Positions 9,476 through 17,363 of a stretch of DNA of 24,000 nucleotides are shown piece by piece. The number at the start of each line of letters is the position of its first letter. The first letter of the stretch is position 1. The position numbers and the translations under genes are program-made. Location: positions 23,287-47,286 of the forward strand of contig DCHZ01000025.1 in assembly GCA_002315385.1 (NCBI GenBank), written 5' to 3'. A model generated the notes under the pieces. The model worked only from the letters and a program-made list of their open reading frames with translations. It ran no database searches and was not told the origin of the DNA. This stretch comes from Firmicutes bacterium UBA1739 (lineage in GTDB: Bacteria > Bacillota > Clostridia > Peptostreptococcales > Anaerovoracaceae).

Positions 9476-9676
9476 ATGATATACATTAACGATATGAAAA
9501 GACCGTTTCACGATGGAATGACTATTTCAGATGCTTTCAGGGAGAATAACATTAAAATCCGACCGGGATTTCTGGTTTTTGTAAATGATGAAGAAATTGA
9601 TTTTTCGGAGTATGATTCATTTGAACTTCATGACGAAGATGACATCCAGCAGATGTTTCCTTTCCTTGTTGAATAG
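9476..9676 (+). CDS. ThiS/MoaD-like small beta-grasp protein without C-terminal GG
   Basis: 66 aa, GGAGG RBS; MIYINDMKRPFHDGMTISDAFRENNIKIRPGFLVFVNDEEIDFSEYDSFELHDEDDIQQMFPFLVE resembles ThiS spacing (EGxTVxxLL..., VAVNxExV, L.dGDxVEi). Confidence 0.6.
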   Translation: MIYINDMKRPFHDGMTISDAFRENNIKIRPGFLVFVNDEEIDFSEYDSFELHDEDDIQQMFPFLVE

Positions 9677-9695
9677 TGTGAAAGAAACAGTTAAT

Positions 9696-9728
9696 AAGGG
9701 CGTCCTGAGGGCAGGGCGCCTTTGCTTT
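9696..9728. terminator. Terminator between convergent genes
   Basis: AAGGGCGTCCTG (9696-9707) pairs (with GU) to CAGGGCGCCTTT (9712-9723), then TTTGCTTT-type tract. Confidence 0.65.
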
Positions 9729-9963
9729 AATATACAATCACCAGAATAACATCCTCGCCGATTACTTTTACATCCTTCCACTTGATTTCCTTCTCCTCAT
9801 ATCCTGTCAGAATTCCCATGAGACCGCTTTTCTGAACCGGAATTATCAAAGAATATATCCGGGATTTTTCTATATTTATGTTAATATCCGATGCAAAACC
9901 GAGACTTTTCCCGTTCGTAAGATTTATTATCTCCCTGTTTTTAATTTCCCTGCCGGTAATCAT
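9727..9963 (-). CDS. YlmC/YmxH-family PRC-barrel sporulation protein
   Basis: 78 aa; REIKNREIINLTNGKSLGFASDININIEKSRIYSLIIP...WKDVKVIGEDVILV. Confidence 0.85.
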   Translation of the reverse strand: MITGREIKNREIINLTNGKSLGFASDININIEKSRIYSLIIPVQKSGLMGILTGYEEKEIKWKDVKVIGEDVILVIVY

Positions 9964-10249
9964 TTTAGCCCTCCAATAAACAGAATATATCCGAATTGAA
10001 AAAAATCTTAAAAGGTGTCCGGATTATAATTCGGATAAAGCTATCTTTAATACTTAATATATTAATATATATTACTGAAACATGTCTTTATTACAGAATA
10101 AATGAAGCGCCGGCAGTCTGAACCGGTAAACATGGAAAGAAAAGCCCCAAACAGGCAAAAATCAGATACCAAACAAAATGACTCCGGACCGAGTTTTGGC
10201 AGGGAGGGACAGAGACATTCCCGAATCAGAAAAAAACAAATATCAAATG

Positions 10250-10297
10250 AAATGTCTCCATATTTGCAAAAAATTCAAAATATGGAGACATTTTTTT
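10250..10297 (+). repeat. Hairpin repeat copy 1 (44-nt unit 10250-10293 plus T-tract)
   Basis: AAATGTCTCCATATTT (10250-10265), 12-nt loop, AAATATGGAGACATTT (10278-10293): perfect 16-bp stem, T-tract to 10297. Confidence 0.85.
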
Positions 10298-10414
10298 GAT
10301 TTGAGCAGTAAATGATGCGTATGCTTTTCATCAATATTTAAAATATGGGAAAAAATAGGATAATTCAGACGCAAATTTACTTCCGAACCCACCTATTATT
10401 CACTTTTTTGCAAA

Positions 10415-10458
10415 TAATGTCTCCATTTTTTTTAAAATATCAAAATGTGGAGAAATTT
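10415..10458. repeat. Hairpin repeat copy 2 (diverged)
   Basis: TAATGTCTCCATTTTTTTTAAAATATCAAAATGTGGAGAAATTT; 35 of 44 positions identical to copy 1 without gaps; stem mostly preserved. Confidence 0.75.
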
Positions 10459-10642
10459 CTGCTGAGATTTAGTTTTTGACTTTATCTGACTTTAGTTGTG
10501 CCGGTTGTGCTTTTATTCAAACGAAAAACCGGTCTGAAACCGTCAAAAATTACGATGTTTCCGGCCCGACCCAATGCGTCCGGCTGTGCCGGTTCAGAGC
10601 CCGATCGCCTGTTCCGAAGAACGGATAAAGGTGTCACAAGTG

Positions 10643-11824
10643 TCAATCAGGGTCAGAACCGGTGAAACCTACAATTTCATTTACTGCTTTTGCGGCTTCA
10701 ACGGCATCTTCTTCGGTGTTAAAGTATCCGAAAGAGAATCTGACACTTCCCTCCGGATAGCTTCCTAAAGCTTTGTGGGCGGAAGGAGCACAGTGAAGAC
10801 CCACTCTGGTTTTAATTCCGTAATCAGATTCCAGGGTAGCCGAAACCGCAGCACAGTCAATCTCCGTAAAGCACAGAGAAACGACACCAAGGCAGGCACA
10901 GCCGTTATCGTGAGCAAGTATTCTCAGTCCCTTAGTTCCTTTTATTTTTGAAATAAACAGCTCCGCAAGGCAGTTTTCTTTTTCAAGTATTGCTGCGATA
11001 CCTTTTTCTTTGATAAATCTGAGACCGGCCCAAAGGCCGAAAATGCCGGGAAGATTAGGAGTGCCGGGCTCAAACCTGTCTGGCAGAAAACCGGGTATTG
11101 TTTCAAGATGTGATATACTGCCGGTTCCCCCGCTGATAAGAGGAGTTATTTCCGGGACAATTCTGTTGGACAGAATAAATCCTCCGATACCCTGAGGCCC
11201 CATAAGTCCCTTATGACCTGTGAAGCAAAGTGCATCAATATTGTCTTTTTCCATATCAATCTCATAGCTTCCACCTGTCTGAGCGGAATCCACTATGAAG
11301 AACAATCCGTGTTTTTTGCAGAATTCTCCGGTTTCGCGAAGGGGAAGAATCATTCCGGATACATTTGATGCATGAGTCATGATTACAGCTTTAGTGTTTT
11401 TTTGAATCAGAGCTTCAAGTGAAGATACGTCAAAGAATAATTCATCGTTTTCGTTGGTGTTAAGTCCGGCCATACTGAGCTTCATACCATGTTCTTCCAG
11501 CTGACGCAGAGGTCTCATTACCGCATTGTGAGGAAGAGGGCATACGATTACGTGATCCGAAGCAGTGAGTAGACCCTTCAGTACGATATTCAGACTGAGA
11601 GTGATTCCGGAAGTGAAAATGACGTTTTTCTCGTCCGAACCGTTGAAAAGCTCTTTGAGAAGAGCTCTGGTTTCAAAAACAATATCCTCGGCTTCGTAGG
11701 CACTCTGATAGCTTCCACGATTTATATTGCTTCCGATGCGGGTAATATATTCTGTCATTTTTTCCGCCACAGAAGGCGGCTTCGGAAAAGACGTTGCCGC
11801 ATTGTCAAGATAAATATCCCTCAT
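10643..11824 (-). CDS. Class-V aminotransferase / cysteine desulfurase-like protein (EF2568-type, SDMH-associated)
   Basis: 393 aa; [72 protein letters not shown] (PLP lysine). Start overlaps the selD stop (ATGA). Confidence 0.9.
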   Translation of the reverse strand: MRDIYLDNAATSFPKPPSVAEKMTEYITRIGSNINRGSYQSAYEAEDIVFETRALLKELFNGSDEKNVIFTSGITLSLNIVLKGLLTASDHVIVCPLPHNAVMRPLRQLEEHGMKLSMAGLNTNENDELFFDVSSLEALIQKNTKAVIMTHASNVSGMILPLRETGEFCKKHGLFFIVDSAQTGGSYEIDMEKDNIDALCFTGHKGLMGPQGIGGFILSNRIVPEITPLISGGTGSISHLETIPGFLPDRFEPGTPNLPGIFGLWAGLRFIKEKGIAAILEKENCLAELFISKIKGTKGLRILAHDNGCACLGVVSLCFTEIDCAAVSATLESDYGIKTRVGLHCAPSAHKALGSYPEGSVRFSFGYFNTEEDAVEAAKAVNEIVGFTGSDPD

Positions 11825-12852
11825 TCGACTTTCACATCCTTTCCTGAGTAATCAGTTATATAGCCAATTATTGCCGCATCAGTGTGGTGACGGAGATCAC
11901 TGAGCAGTTTCAGGGCATCCGGCTCAGAGACAGCTATCAGCAATCCTCCGGAAGTCTGAGGATCATACATAATGTCTAAAAGAGGTAGTGATACTGATGA
12001 ATAGGCCTCAGTTTCGGATTCCGCATAATCTCTGTTACGGTATGCTCCCGCAGGAATCATTCCCATTGAAGCAAATTCCAGAGCATCCCGATGAAAATTC
12101 AGACTTGCTGATGTAATATGAACAGTAACTCCGCTGCCTGCTGCCATTTCACGGCAGTGACCGATTAGCCCGAATCCTGTGATATCAGTGCAGGAATGTA
12201 CCTGGTAATTTATCATGTTATCATGAGACTTTTTATTCAGTTCTGTCATTTGAATGGTAATTCTGTCAATAAGTGATTCGGAGACAAGACCGGCTTTTGC
12301 GGCAGTGGTAATTATGCCTATACCCAAAGGTTTTGTAAGAATCAGCACATCCCCGGGCAGAGCTCCTGAGTTTGTAAGGATTTTTTTAGGATGAACAAAG
12401 CCCGTAACTGAGAGACCGTATTTGGGTTCGGTGTCGTTTATAGTATGTCCGCCGGAGATAATTGCCCCGGCTTCGTAGGTTTTTTCGTAACCACCTCTGA
12501 GTATTTCGTGAACAGTCTCCCGTGTCATTGTTTCGGTAACCGTCATTATATTCAGAGCAAGCTTAGGTTCGCCGCCCATGGCGTATACATCGCTGAGGGC
12601 ATTGGCTGCCGCAATCTGACCGAAAAGGTGAGGATCATCCACAATGGGCGGGAAAAAATCCAGTGTCTGGACCAGTGCCAGTTCATCGTTTACGATATAA
12701 ACAGAAGCATCATCGCTTTTGTCAAAGCCGACGACCAGCTTATCATCCTTTATTACGGGAAGTCCTTCGAGCAGCTGAGCCAGAGTCCCTGCCCCGACCT
12801 TTGCTCCGCATCCTGCACAGGATGAGAGCTTTGTAAGTTTAATATCCTTCAT
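11821..12852 (-). CDS. selD: Selenide, water dikinase
   Basis: 343 aa; [12 protein letters not shown] (conserved catalytic Cys and Lys), [67 protein letters not shown]-type motif, [10 protein letters not shown]. Cys rather than Sec form. Confidence 0.96.
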   Translation of the reverse strand: MKDIKLTKLSSCAGCGAKVGAGTLAQLLEGLPVIKDDKLVVGFDKSDDASVYIVNDELALVQTLDFFPPIVDDPHLFGQIAAANALSDVYAMGGEPKLALNIMTVTETMTRETVHEILRGGYEKTYEAGAIISGGHTINDTEPKYGLSVTGFVHPKKILTNSGALPGDVLILTKPLGIGIITTAAKAGLVSESLIDRITIQMTELNKKSHDNMINYQVHSCTDITGFGLIGHCREMAAGSGVTVHITSASLNFHRDALEFASMGMIPAGAYRNRDYAESETEAYSSVSLPLLDIMYDPQTSGGLLIAVSEPDALKLLSDLRHHTDAAIIGYITDYSGKDVKVE

Positions 12853-12892
12853 AAGTTTGTCCTCGCTATTATTTCAGCTGTTTTTTCGCCAA

Positions 12893-12952
12893 ACCGGAAT
12901 CAGCTGTTAATCACCGGAACCGGCTGTTAATCACCGGAAACGGCTGTTAATC
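12893..12952. repeat. Three tandem 20-nt units
   Basis: ACCGGAATCAGCTGTTAATC / ACCGGAACCGGCTGTTAATC / ACCGGAAACGGCTGTTAATC, directly adjacent. Confidence 0.9.
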
Positions 12953-13207
12953 AACAGAAGAATAGACAGTTTCGTATTCTGTGTTTTTGGCTGAAAAGTC
13001 GGGCTTCAGCATTACTATCTGTTCGACTTCGTCCATGTTCTGCGGAAAGATGAGACTTTCTGCTTCAAAAACAGCACAGGTTCCGCATGATGACGACAGA
13101 AAGCGGGGAACCGGCTTCAGCTGTACTTCGGTCCCCGCTTTTCTCATTTCGCTTTTCAATCTTGATGCACCGAAGTGCGAATAAAATGTAATTATATAAG
13201 TGTTCAT
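12947..13207 (-). CDS. DUF3343-family protein (putative Se/S carrier-like)
   Basis: 86 aa; YIITFYSHFGASRLKSEMRKAGTEVQLKPVPRFLSSSCGTC, located between selD and the TusA-like gene. Confidence 0.85.
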   Translation of the reverse strand: MNTYIITFYSHFGASRLKSEMRKAGTEVQLKPVPRFLSSSCGTCAVFEAESLIFPQNMDEVEQIVMLKPDFSAKNTEYETVYSSVD

Positions 13208-13410
13208 TTCTTTCTTTCAAGATATATGGTGTAAGTATCCCCTTTGTTTTCACTTGAAACACTGAAGCCCTGATGATTTGCAAACCTTGAGATGTTTTCA
13301 AAGGATGTACGGTTATCAGTGACAACAGTGTAGGAATCTTCTCCGGATTCCATAGCTTTTTTTACCATAATAACAGGTTCGGGGCATGAAAGTCCACATG
13401 TATCAATCAT
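13204..13410 (-). CDS. TusA/SirA-domain protein, YedF-like, selenium metabolism associated
   Basis: 68 aa; CGLSCPEPVIMVKKAMESG (TusA CPxP motif); ATGA overlap with the DUF3343 gene. Confidence 0.88.
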   Translation of the reverse strand: MIDTCGLSCPEPVIMVKKAMESGEDSYTVVTDNRTSFENISRFANHQGFSVSSENKGDTYTIYLERKK

Positions 13411-13425
13411 TTTTTTCCTCCTGAA

Positions 13426-14499
13426 TTAAGCTTTACTCTTTTTGGTGTTAATTATTGCGATAATTGTAATTACGCAGAGGCCGATTATTACGCCGATTTT
13501 TCCTGCAGATGTAACGCTGTCAGCAGAAGATGCAAGACCGAAGTTGTGGCAGAAAGCCGCACCGACAAGAAGGCCGAGAACGGTAATCGCAGAATCGGAA
13601 TTTCCTTCTCCGGACAGAACCAGCTGTCTCAGAGGGCAGCCGCCCAAAAGAACGCAGCCGTATCCGACTAAAAGCATACCCATGAAATTCCAGAGACCGT
13701 CATTATGAGCAATAGGCTGTCCGGTAAAACCGGGATTAAAGTTACCTAAGCAGAGGTTGATAATAAATGCCGTTGCAAGTAAGACAAGGAAACCGATTAA
13801 AAGTCTTTTTTCTCTGAAAAGTACGAAATCACGTATTCCACCTACCATACAGAGTCTGGAAAGCTGAGCCATTCCGCCGACAGTTAAACCTGCTATGAGA
13901 GACAGTAAAACAGGTGCATGTGATGCACCGGGGCCTTCAGCAGAGAAATATATGAACGCAGGTGCCGCTATAAGTAGAATAAAAAGAGCAATCTGGACAA
14001 CCGGCATAGTTCCGCCTTCTACAGCAGTTTGTGAGTAAGCACGTTTGAGAGAGAATCCTTTTTTAAGAAATATGATTCCTATGAGTATGCCGACAATAAA
14101 GCCTGCAAGACCTACAATCGCATTGAGGTCACCGCCGGCGATTCTCAGAGTCATTCTCAGAGGACAGCCCAGAAACATCAGACAGCCCACCATAACGAAG
14201 AACGCGATAACAAATCTTGTGATGGGAGAGGAACCACCCCGGGGCTTGAATTCTTTTCTGAAAAGTGCAGTTCCGAAAGCACCGAGAACAAGACCGATAA
14301 TTTCCGGTCTTATATATTGAACTTTGGCCGCTGTGTGAAGCCCTAAAGCTCCGGCAGTATCTCTGATAAAGCAGGCTATACAGAACCCCATGTTCTTAGG
14401 ATTTCCGTATTTAACAAGAATCGCACCGAACAGACCTGCAAGGATTCCGCAGACAGCAATAATCAGGTACTCTTTTTTTGATGACTGTAACTCATTCAT
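13426..14499 (-). CDS. yedE: YedE-family putative selenium (YeeE/YedE-type) transporter
   Basis: 357 aa; CFIRDTAGALGLH, GCPLRMTLRIAGGDLNAIVGLAGF, SRLCMVGGIRDFVLFRE, GGCPLRQLVLSGEGNSDSA; two-fold repeat of the YeeE type; next to selD. Confidence 0.9.
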   Translation of the reverse strand: MNELQSSKKEYLIIAVCGILAGLFGAILVKYGNPKNMGFCIACFIRDTAGALGLHTAAKVQYIRPEIIGLVLGAFGTALFRKEFKPRGGSSPITRFVIAFFVMVGCLMFLGCPLRMTLRIAGGDLNAIVGLAGFIVGILIGIIFLKKGFSLKRAYSQTAVEGGTMPVVQIALFILLIAAPAFIYFSAEGPGASHAPVLLSLIAGLTVGGMAQLSRLCMVGGIRDFVLFREKRLLIGFLVLLATAFIINLCLGNFNPGFTGQPIAHNDGLWNFMGMLLVGYGCVLLGGCPLRQLVLSGEGNSDSAITVLGLLVGAAFCHNFGLASSADSVTSAGKIGVIIGLCVITIIAIINTKKSKA

Positions 14500-14537
14500 T
14501 TTTTCACCTCGAATAAATATGATTTTTCAGGTCCCGT

Positions 14538-14558
14538 ATAGTAATAGACTATTACTAT
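14538..14558. promoter_or_regulatory. Perfect palindrome 5' of yedE, candidate LysR-type (T-N11-A) or repressor operator
   Basis: ATAGTAATAG-A-CTATTACTAT, 10-nt arms, 39 nt upstream of the yedE start codon. Confidence 0.6.
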
Positions 14559-14829
14559 CCCAAAACCGGTATATGAAAATTATAAACTATTATAATGCAA
14601 AAATGAAATTGATTTATTTGATAAATAGATATATCATATAGGAAGAAGTTATAAATACCATGTTATTCTGAAATACCCGGCAGTATGATTGGGAAGCATC
14701 CCGGCGGATGTGACAACTTAATCAAAGCCCGGAAATCCCGTATGAATTATACACAGTTTCAATTAGTGTGGATGCAGGATCAGAAAAGAAAGCGTAAGAT
14801 GATAAAAAAACAAAAAAACGAGTAACAGG

Positions 14830-15504
14830 GTGAAGGGTATGAAGAAAAGGCTTTATAATAAACTTGGAATAAAAAAAGGTCTGACCTCGATTATCGGCTC
14901 AGGAGGAAAGACAACGCTGATAAAAAAACTTGCCGGTGAAATGAAAAAAGACGGATTCAGCGTTATTATCACAACAACGACGAAAATTTTCGTCCCTGAT
15001 TTCTGTCCCCTGGTCTGCAATCCGTCGGAAAACCGCGAAATGATTGACAGACTTATTGAGGAAAACGGAATTGTCGCTGTGGGAAGGCCCGTACTGACAC
15101 AATCCGGAGCGGTAAAACTGGGAAAATGCGAAACAGAATTTGAGGAGCTTGTAAAAGCTGCGGATTTTGTCCTGGTAGAAGCAGACGGGTCAAAGCATAT
15201 GCCGCTGAAGGCTCATGCGGAATATGAGCCGGTAATCCCGGACTGCACAAATCGGATAATACAGGTTGCGGATATTGCCGGAATCGGGAAAACTGCAGTT
15301 GAGGCAGTCCACAGATTCGAGATTTTTATAAGCATCACAGGCTCCGGTGCCGATGAAATCGTTACCGGGGAGGCTGTTGCCGAAGTGATTAATCAGGAAA
15401 AACTCGCCGATGTACTGTATATCAGTGGAATCAATGAAGAGAATCGCAAATTAGCGGAAAAACTGTCGAAACTGATAAATATTCCGGCGGTTATGGAGGA
15501 ATGA
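14830..15504 (+). CDS. yqeC: YqeC, selenium cofactor biosynthesis protein
   Basis: 224 aa; GLTSIIGSGGKTTLIKKLAGEMKKDGFSVIITTTTKI, DFVLVEADGSKHMPLKAHAEYEPVIP. Start could be 14839 (MKKRLYNKLG). Confidence 0.9.
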   Translation: MKGMKKRLYNKLGIKKGLTSIIGSGGKTTLIKKLAGEMKKDGFSVIITTTTKIFVPDFCPLVCNPSENREMIDRLIEENGIVAVGRPVLTQSGAVKLGKCETEFEELVKAADFVLVEADGSKHMPLKAHAEYEPVIPDCTNRIIQVADIAGIGKTAVEAVHRFEIFISITGSGADEIVTGEAVAEVINQEKLADVLYISGINEENRKLAEKLSKLINIPAVMEE

Positions 15505-16409
15505 TAATGGATTTCAGGCAAATTGAAACTTTTGCGGCGGTGGTGGAGCAAAAAAGCTTTTCCGCTGCTGCGGAAGCGTTACATGTGAGTCAGCCAACGG
15601 TGAGCAGTCATATAAAAGCTCTGGAGGCTGAGGTGGGCAGAGAGCTTATCACAAGAACAACCAAGCATTTTTACGTTACGCAGGACGGTTACCGTTTTTA
15701 CGAATATGCCGCAAATCTGCTGAAGCTCAGAAGAAGAGCTCTTTATGATATGACAAACAACAGTACGACAGTTATTCATATCAGTGCTTCAACAATACCG
15801 TCTGCTTATATTCTTCCGGGTATCATTTCAGAATTTAAAGCTGTACGGCCGGATGTGACTGTAAGCGTAATACAGTCAGACAGCGGAAAGGCAGTGGAAA
15901 GACTGATGGAGGGAAATGCCGATCTGGGAGTGGTGGGTTCCACCGGATACTCCGAAAATATTTATTTCAGCGAAATTATGAAAGACCGGCTTGTGGTATG
16001 TGCTCCGCCGGAAAAGTATTATAAAGAACTTAAAGCGGCGGGAACGGATTTAAGAACATTGCTGAAAGAGCCGATAATATTAAGAGAAAAAAGCTCCGGA
16101 ACCAAGAAGGAGGCCGAAAACATTCTGAAAAGAATGGAAATATCAGAGAATGATCTTAATATAGCGGCTTATATGAACGATATGGAAGCAATAAAAAAAT
16201 GCATTGCCGGCGGGCTGGGAATTTCAATTGTTTCATTTCTGTCTGTAGCGAAAGAGGCGGAAAGAGGCGAAGTGGTTGTTATGGAGCCTCCGGAATTATC
16301 CGGAGGCAGAAGCTTTTACATAGCTTTAAGAAAAGACTATGTTGTACCGGCAGCAGTGGAAGAGTTTATTGCGTATTTAAGAAAAAGTGTGGGCAGAAAC
16401 TGCCGGTGA
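15501..16409 (+). CDS. LysR-family transcriptional regulator of the selenium-metabolism-associated type
   Basis: 302 aa; MDFRQIETFAAVVEQKSFSAAAEALHVSQPTVSSHIKALEAEVGRELITRTTKH; overlaps the yqeC stop. The ATG at 15507 is an equally plausible start. Confidence 0.92.
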   Translation: MIMDFRQIETFAAVVEQKSFSAAAEALHVSQPTVSSHIKALEAEVGRELITRTTKHFYVTQDGYRFYEYAANLLKLRRRALYDMTNNSTTVIHISASTIPSAYILPGIISEFKAVRPDVTVSVIQSDSGKAVERLMEGNADLGVVGSTGYSENIYFSEIMKDRLVVCAPPEKYYKELKAAGTDLRTLLKEPIILREKSSGTKKEAENILKRMEISENDLNIAAYMNDMEAIKKCIAGGLGISIVSFLSVAKEAERGEVVVMEPPELSGGRSFYIALRKDYVVPAAVEEFIAYLRKSVGRNCR

Positions 16410-16537
16410 AATCAGTGCGGTAACCGGATGTACGAAAAGCAGAACCGTAAATACAAATGCAGGTGCAGCCGGTAAATATATCGGAATTTAATGCGGATAA
16501 ATGTTAAAAGTAGTTATTAAAAGCCGGGAGGAAAAAC

Positions 16538-17344
16538 ATGGAAGTAATTCTGATAAAAGGCGCGGGCGATATTGCCAGTGGCATTGCATACAGGTTGAAA
16601 AAGTGCGGATACAGGATAATTATGACTGAAACGGCTGTGCCGACGACGGTAAGGAGAACTGTGGCTTTTTCCGGAGCTGTTTATGAAGGCAGCTGCAGTG
16701 TTGAAGGTATACGGGCTGAATTGTGTAAGAATATTGAGGAAATAGAAAACTGCATCGAAAGAGATGTGATTCCCGTAATTGTTGATGAAAAAGCGGAAAT
16801 TATCGGCGAAGTCAGTCCTGATGTGGTGGTAGATGCAATACTGGCGAAAAAAAACCTGGGAACGGACAGAAGCCTGGCACCGTTTGTGATAGGTGTAGGA
16901 CCCGGGTTTACCGCCGGAGTAGACTGTGACTGCGTAATAGAGACAAAAAGAGGGCATTATTTAGGTAGAGTAATAGAAAAAGGGAGTGCGATACCGAACA
17001 CCGGCGTACCGGGCGAGATTGGAGGATACAGCATAGAGAGGATAATACGGGCTGAGGCAGAAGGAGTTTTTGTTCCCCGGAAATCCATCGGTGATGAAGT
17101 GCGGGAAGGCGATGTAGTGGCAGAATCCGGCGGAAAGAAAATCCGTGCACGAATGCCGGGTCTGATAAGAGGAATGCTTCAGGAGGGAGTAATAGTTACT
17201 CCGGGAATGAAGTGCGGAGATATTGATGCAAGATGTGAATATGAGTACTGTTTTGAAATATCCGATAAGGCTCTTGCGGTTGCCGGAGGTGTTCTGGAGG
17301 CAGTGGTGAGCCGCAGAAGCGGAAGATTTGAGAGAAATGATTGA
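16538..17344 (+). CDS. yqeB: YqeB, selenium-dependent molybdenum hydroxylase system protein (EF2563 family)
   Basis: 268 aa; MEVILIKGAGDIASGIAYRLKKCGYRIIMTETAVPTTVRRTVAFSGAVYEG, GVGPGFTAGVDCDCVIETKRGHYLGRVI. Confidence 0.92.
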   Translation: MEVILIKGAGDIASGIAYRLKKCGYRIIMTETAVPTTVRRTVAFSGAVYEGSCSVEGIRAELCKNIEEIENCIERDVIPVIVDEKAEIIGEVSPDVVVDAILAKKNLGTDRSLAPFVIGVGPGFTAGVDCDCVIETKRGHYLGRVIEKGSAIPNTGVPGEIGGYSIERIIRAEAEGVFVPRKSIGDEVREGDVVAESGGKKIRARMPGLIRGMLQEGVIVTPGMKCGDIDARCEYEYCFEISDKALAVAGGVLEAVVSRRSGRFERND

Positions 17345-17363
17345 GATACCGGGAGGAATTGTG

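Noticed and set aside
10102-10299. 65-aa ORF on the plus strand
   Set aside because: No RBS, highly charged composition, and its 3' end runs through hairpin copy 1; it is probably chance.
10117-10598. Inverted 10-mer TCTGAACCGG / CCGGTTCAGA flanking the hairpin interval, suggesting element ends
   Set aside because: CCGG-rich words are frequent throughout this region, so a 10-nt match over about 480 nt is weak evidence. No target-site duplication was seen.
11821-12852. Selenocysteine (in-frame UGA) form of SelD
   Set aside because: The catalytic position reads Cys in [10 protein letters not shown] and the frame is continuous, so no recoding is needed.
12893-12952. Short repeats considered as a CRISPR remnant
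   Set aside because: Units are directly adjacent with no spacers and only 20 nt long, and no cas genes are present.
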